From the NCBI GenBank assembly GCA_963772455.1, contig CAVYXJ010000009.1:1-64000 (forward strand): a stretch of DNA of 64,000 bases. Reading direction: 5' to 3'. Source of the stretch: Candidatus Bathyarchaeota archaeon. Lineage in GTDB: Archaea; Thermoproteota; Bathyarchaeia; Bathyarchaeales; Bathycorpusculaceae. Positions 30,338 through 40,702 of this stretch are shown one piece after another (position 1 is the first letter of the stretch; each line of letters begins with the position of its first letter). The translations under genes were made by a program, and so were the position numbers. Under the pieces are notes generated by a model that was not told the origin of the DNA, made no database searches, and was given only the letters and a program-made list of their open reading frames with translations.

Positions 30338-30928
30338 ATGAATCATCATCATAGTGACCTTGTCAAATTCTTAATGTCCAAAGAAAGAAAACAATGGCAC
30401 AATCCCCAAACCATCTTAAACCAGGTAACCAAAGGAATGACTATAGCAGATTTGGGTTGTGGACCTGGCTTTTTCACTATTCCAATGGCTCAAATGACAG
30501 GAGATAAAGGAGTCATTTACGCCGTTGACAGCAACCAGACGATGTTAAATGCCTTAAAAGAAAACATTGCCAAATCCAAAGTGAACCCAAATATAATAAA
30601 AATAATAAATAGCGACGTATGCCACACAGGAATCCCCAACGAATCCGTCGACCTTGTCCTAATCGCCAACTTTCTCCATGAAGTAGAAGATAAAAAAACG
30701 TTTTTCCAAGAAGTTAGACGCATCTCTAAACCAACAACATACATTGTTGATGTAGACTGGAAAAAGACCCAATCTGAATATGGACCACCACTTAAAGATC
30801 GACTCTCAGAAGAGCAAGCCACTGGAGTTCTTGCAGAAAATGGTTTCTCAGTAATTAAACAAATAGACTTAGGACCAACTCATTATGAGTTAATTTCTAA
30901 ACCAACAAATAAATCTCAAAAGTCATAG
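30338..30928 (+). CDS. Class I SAM-dependent methyltransferase
   Basis: IADLGCGPGFF, YAVD, VDLV, LHEV, GPP. Confidence 0.88.
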   Translation: MNHHHSDLVKFLMSKERKQWHNPQTILNQVTKGMTIADLGCGPGFFTIPMAQMTGDKGVIYAVDSNQTMLNALKENIAKSKVNPNIIKIINSDVCHTGIPNESVDLVLIANFLHEVEDKKTFFQEVRRISKPTTYIVDVDWKKTQSEYGPPLKDRLSEEQATGVLAENGFSVIKQIDLGPTHYELISKPTNKSQKS

Positions 30929-31198
30929 CATTAAGCGTAAATGACCTGCTTACTTGGATCCAAGCAACAAATCCAATAACTTGAAACTTCTGAATTAATC
31001 ACTAAAACAACAATGAGCAACCTTTCTGTTGTTCTACTCTTAAGATAATTGCAAAGAACCACTATATTTGAAAGAAAAAAAGAGTGCCGTTTGCAAAAAA
31101 CACGTTTTTTTTCTCTACACTACATTAAAAAAAGAGTTATGGTAAAACTCTGGCAAAGCTTATATTTCCCACAGTGGGATCTTCGTATGGTGGGAAAA

Positions 31199-31444
31199 AT
31201 GAGCACACAAGAAGTAAATGTTGACCACAAAGGACGTGTTCAAATACCAAAAGCAATTCGAGAAAAAGTAGGATTACACTCTGGAGGAAAAGCTCGCTTG
31301 AAAATAGAGAAAGAAAACATAGTAATCATGCCTCCAATTTCAGCTGAAGAGTTCATTAAAGAAATGGAAGGTTGCATCGCTGAAGGCGCCCCCGTTATAG
31401 ATCCACTGAAACTAAAGAAAATATGGGAACCAACAGAAAAATAA
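31199..31444 (+). CDS. AbrB/MazE/SpoVT-family antitoxin
   Basis: VNVDHKGRVQIPKAIREKVGL; start ATG 31199. Confidence 0.87.
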   Translation: MSTQEVNVDHKGRVQIPKAIREKVGLHSGGKARLKIEKENIVIMPPISAEEFIKEMEGCIAEGAPVIDPLKLKKIWEPTEK

Positions 31445-31445
31445 A

Positions 31446-31910
31446 GTGAGCAAAATGCTATTCGTAGATTCTAATATTTGGTGCTATTATTTTGATACCC
31501 GCCTTCCTGAACATCTGCTTGTACGGGATACCATGCGGGAAATAATAAAATCTCAGGAAATAGCTTGTAATACCGTTATTGTTATGGAAGTAGCTCATTA
31601 CCTTGTTAGACATTTCACTGAGAAAGTCGCTCGCAAAAAAATAGAGACCTTCGTTAATCTGATCAACCTCAATATCGCAGACTTTAATCGGCAAACCTGC
31701 AACGAGTCTATCGAAACTCTTTTGGCATGTGCATACGACGAAGGTTTAGGGGGAAGAGATGCAACTGTAATTGCATCCATGAAGCTGCAGAATATTAAGA
31801 AAATTGTTTCTCACGACGATATTTTTAGGCGTTTGGCAAAAAAACTAGAGTTGGAAGTTATTGATCCCGCCAACCAAAACAATAATTCGCCAAAGGTAGA
31901 AGATTGTTAA
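31446..31910 (+). CDS. vapC: VapC/PIN-domain toxin
   Basis: FVDSNIW, MEVAH, GGRDAT, SHDD. Confidence 0.88.
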   Translation: MSKMLFVDSNIWCYYFDTRLPEHLLVRDTMREIIKSQEIACNTVIVMEVAHYLVRHFTEKVARKKIETFVNLINLNIADFNRQTCNESIETLLACAYDEGLGGRDATVIASMKLQNIKKIVSHDDIFRRLAKKLELEVIDPANQNNNSPKVEDC

Positions 31911-31968
31911 AAGTAGAAGAAGTGCAAATTTTTCACTCTTCTTCTTCTCTTAAATACTTATTTCCTTG
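31831..31968 (+). repeat. Copy 3 (in intact gene context) of the vapC-3'-end/hairpin element, with inverted loop
   Basis: Aligns with 3500-3620 and 5157-5253; loop gcaaatttttcac is the reverse complement of gtgaaaaatttgc. Confidence 0.8.
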
Positions 31969-32129
31969 CGTCGGCATTCGGACAAAACTGTTTTTGGGGA
32001 CAACAACAACGCTTTTTCACATGTTGTTCTTTTCTTAATTTTATTGACTCAAAAAGAATTTCTTGTTAGCTATCTAATCTTAAACTCTTTAAGCATGTTA
32101 TCTGCAAATATTGAGTACGTGAGTACATA

Positions 32130-33053
32130 GTGGACAAAATAGACATGAGCTTAATCCTGCTTCTACTACAAAACTCAAGACTATCCTATGTAGAATTAGC
32201 TGAGAAACTTAACCTTTCAGTAAACGCCGTCCACAAACGCATCCAATTACTAATCGAAACAGACGTCATTCACAAATTCACAGCAAAAGTCAGCATGTTA
32301 GCTTCACAAGCCATTCCAATATACATTTCTGGAACATCACAACTCCCAAACTTCAAAGATTTACCCGACAAACTAAAGTCTCATGGCTCAATTTACTGGT
32401 TAGCAATAGGCAGTGGAAAATTCCTCTACATCGGCGCATACATCAAAAACCTAGCCGAACTAGAACCTACCATATCCTTCATTAAGAAAGAAGCTCAAAT
32501 CTCTGAACAAACCGTAGCCATAGCACAACAACCTCAGATGCCTCTTTTGAATCTGAAACCAGCGGATTTGACGTTATGCAACTTGGATTATCAAATCATT
32601 AGTTCACTTAGGGGTGATGCACGCAAACCAATTGCGGACATTGCAACCGAGCTGGGAATATCATCCAAAACAGTTCGCCGCAGACTCAACCGGATGATAA
32701 AAAACTATTTAATTGAACTTACTTTGGAATGGTACCCCGATAAATCAGACGACATAACTACTCTTATGGACATAAAATTAAAACCGGAATCCAACCTAGC
32801 CAACGTGGCCTACCAAATTCTAAAGAAATACTCAACAAACGCCTTGTTCTACTGGAGTTTTGCAAATATCCCCAATGCATTAACATTCGTTATATGGACA
32901 AATAGTATGGGCGAATTGGACAAGCTTCATCAAAAAATAGAAATGGAACCAGAAGTTGCTTCAGCAGTGCCCTACGTTCTCTTCACAGGCTACATCTTTG
33001 AAACGTGGCGCGATAATTTGTCCCAAAGTATGTTGTCCACTTCTTCAACGTAA
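32130..33053 (+). CDS. Lrp/AsnC-family regulator with duplicated HTH-RAM modules
   Basis: NSRLSYVELAEKLNLSVNAVHKRI and DARKPIADIATELGISSKTVRRRL. Confidence 0.85.
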   Translation: MDKIDMSLILLLLQNSRLSYVELAEKLNLSVNAVHKRIQLLIETDVIHKFTAKVSMLASQAIPIYISGTSQLPNFKDLPDKLKSHGSIYWLAIGSGKFLYIGAYIKNLAELEPTISFIKKEAQISEQTVAIAQQPQMPLLNLKPADLTLCNLDYQIISSLRGDARKPIADIATELGISSKTVRRRLNRMIKNYLIELTLEWYPDKSDDITTLMDIKLKPESNLANVAYQILKKYSTNALFYWSFANIPNALTFVIWTNSMGELDKLHQKIEMEPEVASAVPYVLFTGYIFETWRDNLSQSMLSTSST

Positions 33054-33314
33054 TGGTGATTCTTATTGTGAAGAGATTTTGGAAAAAAACGTTTGAGAAA
33101 TCGCAGTAAGTTCAATGCGAAACCACAAAATCCAGCCAAGAACTCAACGAAGAATACCTATCCATAAAAAAGCTACTCAAAACTCAACTGACCTAAAATA
33201 AGTCAGTATTGATACCCAGCTCATCAAAACTCTTACCTAAAAAACTATTAACTAATTTCAGCAAAAGCTTAAATGGTAAAATCAGGAGTATTTTTGGTGA
33301 CATAGCTGGAGATT

Positions 33315-36300
33315 TTGTCATCAAGACGGGCAATTACTAAAACGGTTGCACTCGTCTTGATAATAATTGCATTAGTTGCAGCTTTAATTCCGATTGATTT
33401 GTATTACTCTTCGTTGTCAAAGGATTCGGCAAATCAGGATTCAACACCTTCACCAACCCCTTCGTCAACAATTTCACTTATTCCAACGCCATCTACTCAA
33501 CCAACATCGACACCGACGGCGACTCCACATCCTACACCAACCCCAACTTATCAGCCTGTCTCTACTCCCTATCCAATAGCAACTCCCTCACCTACCTATC
33601 CACCCCCTGGAACAGGACCAAGCACCACTGAAGCATTAGTTAACGAAACCCCGGTCACAATTCAAAACCTTCTAAGCGAATTAAGTCAGGATCAAAAATC
33701 AACATTTTCAACTAAAGCTAACTCTACCCTTGGAAATTGGACTGGAAGTATTGTTTATTCTCCTCTATCATGGATTGCAAATGACAAAGTCAGCTTGGGT
33801 ATTTCGGTTAATATTTCAAAAGAAGTTCTTTCAAGGTTTCTTGCTATTAACAAAAGAATAGACTCCACTTGTGTTCTTGTTACTGCTGAACGGGACTATG
33901 ATTCTCAAGGAAATCAACGAACACCTTGGGACAATACCTTTTCCACGATTCTAACCCCCTCTGGTCTCCCCATTGAAGCAGGAGGAAGCGCAGCCATTAG
34001 CCGCTACAACGGATATACACGGAGATCTCCAGTTGATGTTATGATTGAAGTTCCTTACTCTTCTCTTGACGTTTCGAACAATGCTGAATGGGCTTCAGGC
34101 TCACTTTACGGCAGTTTCACTCTACCCAACAACCTCCCCCCAGGAATCTACAGACTGCGACTCGATTTCGGATTTAAAGCAGGATCAAAATACATCGACT
34201 TCAACAACGCCACAATTGGCACAAGACCCACCTACCTCAACAGTATATCCTGCGCATACTCACCACCTATTCTTGCCAGCGGATGGAATGTCAATGGCAG
34301 TTGGGTTGATGCTTCACAAATAATTCGAAAGCCATACTGGGACCTGCTTTGGGATTATAGTTCAAACGGGTACCGCGGAGTTGTTGCTTCTGAGGACCAG
34401 AAGAGAGTAGCAATCTCGCCAAGAAGCCTAATCCATGATGCAGTTGTCTTGCCAAAAGTGAACATAAACGGTGTTCAGATTTCCTACAATATTGAACCTA
34501 ATTTTCTATTAGATAATGATAATACTCAAAGAAATATTCCTATGAATTATCGTTCGGGTCAATGGACTGTTAAAGTTACCTTTCCAAATGGCACAGTTAA
34601 GAATCTTGGAACTGCCAACTTTGCAGCTCAAAGAGGAAACGGCGCCTCAACACAAAACAGCACTTTCACAGCATGGAAACCCCCAGTATATGGTAACTAT
34701 TCAATTGAAGCCTACGGATGGATTCAAGATAATTGGGGTAACCGTTACCAGGGCGGCGGTAACTATACCTTCTGGATTGGCAACAGACTTACAGTCGCAA
34801 CAGCCACATTTCAAGGAATGCCCTACAATGTAGGCAACCGCTATGGCAGAGATTTAGCTTTTAACCCACCTGTACCCGCAAACGTAACTATGAAAGCACA
34901 GCTTTTCTTAAACTCAGACCCAAACAACGTAACTACCGTCATTTCCAGCGGCGTCGCCACAATGGGTGGCATTTGGGGAGCCGCCCAAGGCATGGTCGCA
35001 CTACCATTCCCAGCGCCAGGAGAATATTATGCAACAGTAACAGCCACTTATGTTGATCCAGGAGGAGTCCTCTGGGTAGCTGCAATGACTCATGCAGGAG
35101 TTGTTTATCCAACGAATTCATCAATTGTAGCCCACGGAAAAAAACTTCAACTTACAAACGGCACTTTAGTAGATCGAGGAGAAACAAAAACGGAAGGTTA
35201 TACAGTCTCCCAATGGAACACTTTACGCCTACAGCATATTAATTTCCCATACAACTTTAGCGATGTCTTAGAAATTGCAAGTGAATTTCAAGCATCTAAC
35301 AAGATTGAACCAGTCTTATCTTACAACAACGCAACAAATCCCACTGCATACGATCCAAACATACAAGGCATTGGTCGCACCAACATTGTAACCAAAACAA
35401 GCAATAACTTATCCCCAGAAATGTTCCCAGAATATATCACAGACTTGCAGTATTTCTACGGCGCAGCGGCACAACCAGGATTTAACGCAAGATTTATTGT
35501 TGCATACGATTATACAAGAGCACCTTACTGGCCAACAAGCAACACCAACTTTGGCGGCCAATATGGCGCATCGAACAATGGAGACCTCCCTGGAACAATA
35601 TACCGCCTCCTGGGTGGCGTTGTCCTAAAGAATAAAGATCAAACCCCCAACTATGCCGGATACCAAGCAACAGCCTTCGTATTACCTAAAGGAACAAACA
35701 ACAACCGTATCATAGGTCCAGGCGATGAAAATTTACCCTCTCCAGACAACACATCAGCTCGCTTCTTCCTTGTCCCAATAAGACCCGGCTCAATCTACCC
35801 CATAGGAGCAACTTTCACACCTGTTCTCCAAATTGACCCCATACTACCATGCAATGTTACATTCACACTAACTGCGCCCAATAATATGACGTACATTTCG
35901 ACAGGTCAAGGAGACAAATATGGATACTTTGTAGGCTCTAAAGGATTTATTTTGAATCAGACTGGAGTATGGACTTACTTGGTCAATGCCACATGGAATG
36001 GTTATCAAGGTCGTGTTCCAGGCTTGCCAGACGCTGGAGGTTGGATATACGTAATTGAAAATGGTACACCACCGGGTCCAGGAATAACAATGAAGATGCC
36101 TACGCAACAAACATTCTCTCCAACAGCCGGCTTGAATGTAACCGGACAAACCACCGCTTCAAAAGTCTTTTACGCCATCATTATTCCAGGCGCAGTTCTC
36201 GAGGAGGGTGTTTTGCCAGTGAACAATGGCAACTTCACCTATTACTTCAATCCTCAAGCTATGGCTGATAAAATCCAAACTTACGACATAATTTACTATG

Positions 36301-36440
36301 CAAATGGACAAGCACAAATCGGGAAAATAGTTCATTTATCATTTTTCTCTGAAGAAACTTCATCAGATGGCACAATTTATCACTCATTTGCCAGAGTAGT
36401 CTTAAGGGGAACCACTGCAGTCTACGTTAAAGAAAGATAA
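33315..36440 (+). CDS. Large membrane-anchored surface protein of unknown function (1041 aa)
   Basis: N-terminal TM, long Pro/Thr linker, beta-rich ectodomain with many NxS/T sequons. Confidence 0.8.
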   Translation: MSSRRAITKTVALVLIIIALVAALIPIDLYYSSLSKDSANQDSTPSPTPSSTISLIPTPSTQPTSTPTATPHPTPTPTYQPVSTPYPIATPSPTYPPPGTGPSTTEALVNETPVTIQNLLSELSQDQKSTFSTKANSTLGNWTGSIVYSPLSWIANDKVSLGISVNISKEVLSRFLAINKRIDSTCVLVTAERDYDSQGNQRTPWDNTFSTILTPSGLPIEAGGSAAISRYNGYTRRSPVDVMIEVPYSSLDVSNNAEWASGSLYGSFTLPNNLPPGIYRLRLDFGFKAGSKYIDFNNATIGTRPTYLNSISCAYSPPILASGWNVNGSWVDASQIIRKPYWDLLWDYSSNGYRGVVASEDQKRVAISPRSLIHDAVVLPKVNINGVQISYNIEPNFLLDNDNTQRNIPMNYRSGQWTVKVTFPNGTVKNLGTANFAAQRGNGASTQNSTFTAWKPPVYGNYSIEAYGWIQDNWGNRYQGGGNYTFWIGNRLTVATATFQGMPYNVGNRYGRDLAFNPPVPANVTMKAQLFLNSDPNNVTTVISSGVATMGGIWGAAQGMVALPFPAPGEYYATVTATYVDPGGVLWVAAMTHAGVVYPTNSSIVAHGKKLQLTNGTLVDRGETKTEGYTVSQWNTLRLQHINFPYNFSDVLEIASEFQASNKIEPVLSYNNATNPTAYDPNIQGIGRTNIVTKTSNNLSPEMFPEYITDLQYFYGAAAQPGFNARFIVAYDYTRAPYWPTSNTNFGGQYGASNNGDLPGTIYRLLGGVVLKNKDQTPNYAGYQATAFVLPKGTNNNRIIGPGDENLPSPDNTSARFFLVPIRPGSIYPIGATFTPVLQIDPILPCNVTFTLTAPNNMTYISTGQGDKYGYFVGSKGFILNQTGVWTYLVNATWNGYQGRVPGLPDAGGWIYVIENGTPPGPGITMKMPTQQTFSPTAGLNVTGQTTASKVFYAIIIPGAVLEEGVLPVNNGNFTYYFNPQAMADKIQTYDIIYYANGQAQIGKIVHLSFFSEETSSDGTIYHSFARVVLRGTTAVYVKER

Positions 36441-36479
36441 ACCAGAAAACACGAATCTCAAAGTTAAGAGTAATACTCA

Positions 36480-37046
36480 ATGAAAAAACGGTTAACAATC
36501 ACATTACTTCTTTTAGTCATGGTAGTAGTGGCTGGGTTCACAATCTATTTGTCAGCAACCCTATCTAAACCGGAAAACCCATCGGCTATTCCACGTTACT
36601 TAAGCTACAACGACAAGACAACCAAAATCTACCTAATTGATTCCATCACCTCTTACAGCAAAGCCAATGAAACATACGCTACAGGTGATGGACAAATCGT
36701 TGAGAAAGACACTCCATTGTTTGTAATTACAATGACTTTAAGAAACGATTATACCTCTGATAATCCAGCTCCACCTCTAAACAACCAAGAACAAACTTCA
36801 CCAGCTGACGGCACAGCTTATCTGTACTTAACTGCCCAACTTTATGATAAAAACGGCAAATTGAACGCAACAAACGTGTCCATTTCAGATTTTTCATTGC
36901 CAACAACATCTGGAACGGGGCTTGTTCTTTCAAGCGGACAAACAACTTCAGTCAATATCTATATGGCAACATCTCAAACCAACATTAACAGATACGAACT
37001 TAGCCTCTATTTCTTAGGCGACAGTATTCCAACCAAAAATATATAG
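36480..37046 (+). CDS. Membrane-anchored hypothetical protein (Ig-like)
   Basis: N-terminal TM; ITMTLRNDY...LYD..G beta-sandwich-like pattern. Confidence 0.7.
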   Translation: MKKRLTITLLLLVMVVVAGFTIYLSATLSKPENPSAIPRYLSYNDKTTKIYLIDSITSYSKANETYATGDGQIVEKDTPLFVITMTLRNDYTSDNPAPPLNNQEQTSPADGTAYLYLTAQLYDKNGKLNATNVSISDFSLPTTSGTGLVLSSGQTTSVNIYMATSQTNINRYELSLYFLGDSIPTKNI

Positions 37047-37177
37047 ACGCTTTAGATTTTCTCTTCACACGCAAACCCTTGATTCAAGTAATTTTTTTTC
37101 TTAATGATTTTCTAATCTATTTTAAGCTCCAAGATAACCGAAAAGTTGAAATTTGATCTAACGACACCTTTTATTAG

Positions 37178-37597
37178 GTGAATTTTTTGACAGTTAAACA
37201 AAAAGGAACAAAGGATGATCCTTGGATTCTTAAAACTCCATCTGGAACTTCTGAATTTAAAGCATACAAAGATGAAAAAGCCGATCCACCAGCAATAGTT
37301 GTTTGGGTTGGTAAAACGGAACTTAAGTACCAACTTCGAGCTTTGGATGATTTACAAAAGATGCTCAAGTCAAAAGGTGACTGGGTGCCGCTGGGCAGCA
37401 CTGATGAGCAGAAACCGACTGAAGAGGGAACTGTTGAAGCTTGGGGTAGGTCACCGAAAAACCCTGTTGGAGGATGGTATGGACTAAAGAAAGGTTTGCG
37501 AGGCAGATTTGCAAACTATGTGCCACCTATAATGGAGGCTTTGGGATTAGCAGAGGTTGAGCATAACCCAAAAAACAACCGAATGCGATCAAAATAA
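37178..37597 (+). CDS. Conserved hypothetical protein (DUF6855-like)
   Basis: GTKDDPWILKTP, LGSTDEQKP, NPVGGWYGLKKGLRGRF, EVEHNPKNNRMR recalled as a conserved family. Confidence 0.7.
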   Translation: MNFLTVKQKGTKDDPWILKTPSGTSEFKAYKDEKADPPAIVVWVGKTELKYQLRALDDLQKMLKSKGDWVPLGSTDEQKPTEEGTVEAWGRSPKNPVGGWYGLKKGLRGRFANYVPPIMEALGLAEVEHNPKNNRMRSK

Positions 37598-37700
37598 CAA
37601 ATCTTCCCAAATTTTTTATCTCCGCTATTTTTTATTGAAGTGTCTATTAAAAAAAATGAAAGATTCCTGAACAAAAAAAGAAAAGATAGTTGTTGGTTTT

Positions 37701-40308
37701 TTATTGTTTCTTTTTGATTGCAAATAAGATTGCTGCGCCAACTATTGCGATTGCGACGATGATTGCTATTACACCTGCAATTACGTATGTTGTCAATGTA
37801 TTGGTTGTATTATCAAGTGAGATAGGTTCTGGTGTTGCTATTATTGTTGGGGCATCGCTTACTGTTGCATAGGTGGTTGCCCATGAGTTTCCATAGGATT
37901 GGTCACCTGCAAAGGTTGCTGTAATTTTGTATTGTCCCGATATTGTTGGGTTCCATGCATAGGCAAAGTTACCTTTCTCGTCGCTGGTCACCGTGTTGAG
38001 GTGGAAGAAGTTGTTGTTTGGGTCAATCACATCAATTGATACTGGGACTCCTGTGACTGTTACGTTGTGGTAGAATCCATCAATTGGTCGTTGCATATGT
38101 AGAAACTCCATGTAGGTCGACATTGATTCTTTGGATACGCATGCTGCACCTGTTTGGGCTGGTGACTGGTCGAGGATAGTGCCTGATATTATTGCTGTTG
38201 TTCCTGCAGTAATAGCTGTTTGTGGGGCAGAAATTGTTGTTTGACTTTGTCCTACTCCAAATACGTACATGTTGCCATCGTATCTGTTATCATATGTTAG
38301 GTAGCCATCTGCAACTGCACCTGCTGATCCTCCGCCTGAAATATCCCATAAGTATTCGCCTGTAGTCGCGTTAAGTGCCCAAAGTCTCCAGCCTCTTGTG
38401 AGCGGCTCTGTTGGTGAATGTTCGCCGTTTGCATAATAGAGTACACCATCTGCGATTTGGGGTGAGTTACTAAAGAGCGTCATGGAAGGGTATGTTGCGG
38501 ATTCAAATGGAATGGCTGGTGTTGAGTAGTGCCAAACGATCTTGCCGGTGTTCCAGTCTAGTGCATAGAAACCTGCATATGAGAAGTCATAGATTAAGCC
38601 GCCGTAAGAAGCGATTGTGTAGGCTCCAAAATCTCCCCATGGGTATTCTTCGCCACCTACTTCACCGGGTTTAGCAGTTTGCCAAAGTAGTTGTCCTGTC
38701 TGTAGATTCCAACAGTCCCACCATCCACCGAGTACGCGTACGGTAACTTTTCCATGGTCTGCACAGAGGCCTGTGGGGAAGAAGATGTCGTTTGAGGTAA
38801 CGTTCCAAAGCAGTTGCCCTGTGGTTAAACTTGCAGCGGTCAAATACTGTCCAAGTGCATGACCTGCGCCTGCTGGTGTTATTGTAGCTGAAGTGACTGC
38901 AATGTTTGACTCAAAGTCTACTGAACCTAGACTGCTAAATGGGTAAGTTACGTTGCTTATTATTCTGGTGTTGAAGTCTGTGCTTGTTCCGGTTGTTGTC
39001 CAGTTTATGAGTTTATAACGGTTTGCACCTGCGGTTGCTCCAAGGTCTTGCACTGTTAATGCATAGGGGTCTTTGTACATGGTGCCTGAGCTTATTGGCA
39101 GCGTGATGTTTAAGGTGACTGCGCCGCTCCATGGATTGTATTTTATCATCCTTGATGATCCGATGTACACGAGCGAGTATGTGCCTGTTCCCTGACCAGT
39201 CTGTTCTGCGCCTGGTACTGAAGATGCGACTTGGTTAAACGTAATCACGGTCGGTGGCTGAGTTATGCCTGTTTGCTCCCAATAGACCTGCCCCGTGCGT
39301 ATGTCGTAGCATTGCCAGACGTTTACTGTCTGTGAATATGTTACACCGTTTATTGTTGTTGTCATTGGTTTGCTGATTGTTTGGTATGCTCTGCCTTGAA
39401 AGATTATAGTGGGAGTGCCTGCATAGGCGCCTTCGCCTGGGCCCACTGAACGATAGCCAAATTGTCCACCTGCAATGCCTGCTAATGCACCTTGTCTCAT
39501 CCAAGCAATGTGTGAAGTTTTAGGACCCTCCACGTATGGGGTGAATTTATAGTTGCTTGCGTATGCGTTGGTGTTTGCTGGCCACCCTTCACCGCCACCT
39601 ACTCCTGTGTAAGGAAAGTGTCCGCCTATGACCCACCATTCACGGTTTTCGATGGGTATGGGGCGGGTCCAGTAGTCTGTTGGAAGCTGCGCTGCAGGAT
39701 ATGAGTAGACTGGTTCTTGTTGTACTGTCAATGAAACTTCTGGACTGGTTGAAGCTTGGTACCAGGCTGATTGAAAGCTTGCTGCTCCGCCAAATCCCAT
39801 TCCACCTGTGCTGGTTCCTGGTGGGAGGTCTGCTTGAGTAGCATAGTATTTGCCATTGTAGTACCATCCTGCTTGTAAGTAATTGCCGGCAAAGTTGAAT
39901 TTGAATTTGTATATTCCTAATTGGTCTACACCATATTGAATCCATGCTGTGGCGTCTCCTTGATAGGAGTTTATTGGTCCGATGGTTTCAGTTGTATTGT
40001 CTGGTTTTGTTACTGTTATAGTATAACCTGAGAAGAAGCGTTGGTAAGCTATTGGTGGTTCAAGCCATATGTTGATTAGAACTGATTGACCTTGGCCAAT
40101 CGGGTTGGGACTGATACTGATGAATGCGGTTGTTGGGATTGTAACATTTGGGGTTGTGCCTTGGGGAGGTGCGGTTGGCCACGGTGTTAGTTGTGGGGCT
40201 CCTATTTGTTCTACTTCTGCATTCGTTGAAAAAGATACTAGATGCGATTGAAATCAGCATTATTACAAGAGACAATATTGCCAAGATTTTATTTCTAGTT
40301 GATTGCAT
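37701..40308 (-). CDS. PQQ-like beta-propeller surface protein, paralog 3 (~868 aa; +1 frameshift near 40230)
   Basis: Removing one T from the T5 run joins the signal peptide (40308) to SPNPIGQGQ...LPTDYWTRPI...GEHS...TM + KKKQ. Confidence 0.82.
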
Positions 40309-40533
40309 TTTTATTTCCTCATATATTGTTGGAAAAAAGAGCCAGATCTAAAGATAGAATACTCTCTCTCTCCATAACGCCGATTATTGGTTTTAATTGT
40401 TAATAAAAGGTATTGGAAAGTGACCACTGACGACAAAAAAAATCAAGAAAAATTGGCAGACAAAAGCAAATAGATTAGCTGAGATGTTTTAGAAAAAAGA
40501 AAAAAGAGAAATGAATGTGCCTACGCCGAGGTC

Positions 40534-40590
40534 TTATTTTTTCTTTGCTGGTGCTTTCTTTACTTCTTTTTTAGCTGGTTTTTTTGCCAT
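40534..40590 (-). CDS. 18-aa Lys/Ala/Pro-rich micro-protein MAKKPAKKEVKKAPAKKK (histone-tail/H1-like)
   Basis: Hand-translated ORF; GAGGT SD 8 nt upstream, TATA-like ttataaat at 40631-40638, T-rich tract downstream. Confidence 0.6.
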   Translation of the reverse strand: MAKKPAKKEVKKAPAKKK

Positions 40591-40702
40591 TTGAAATAAC
40601 CTCGGGATTCAATGTATGAGAGCTATTGGTATTTATAATTTGCTGAATTGAGGAGAAAACAGATAACAAAGCTTAATACTTACTTGAAAAGAAAAAGAGG
40701 CT

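Noticed and set aside
3488-31968. Dispersed repeats as a CRISPR array or IS/MITE ends
   Set aside because: There are only three widely spaced copies, no regular spacers and no cas or transposase gene, and they translate as vapC C-termini.
33440-33625. Pro/Thr-coding low-complexity stretch as a tandem DNA repeat
   Set aside because: It is an ordinary PT linker with degenerate codons.
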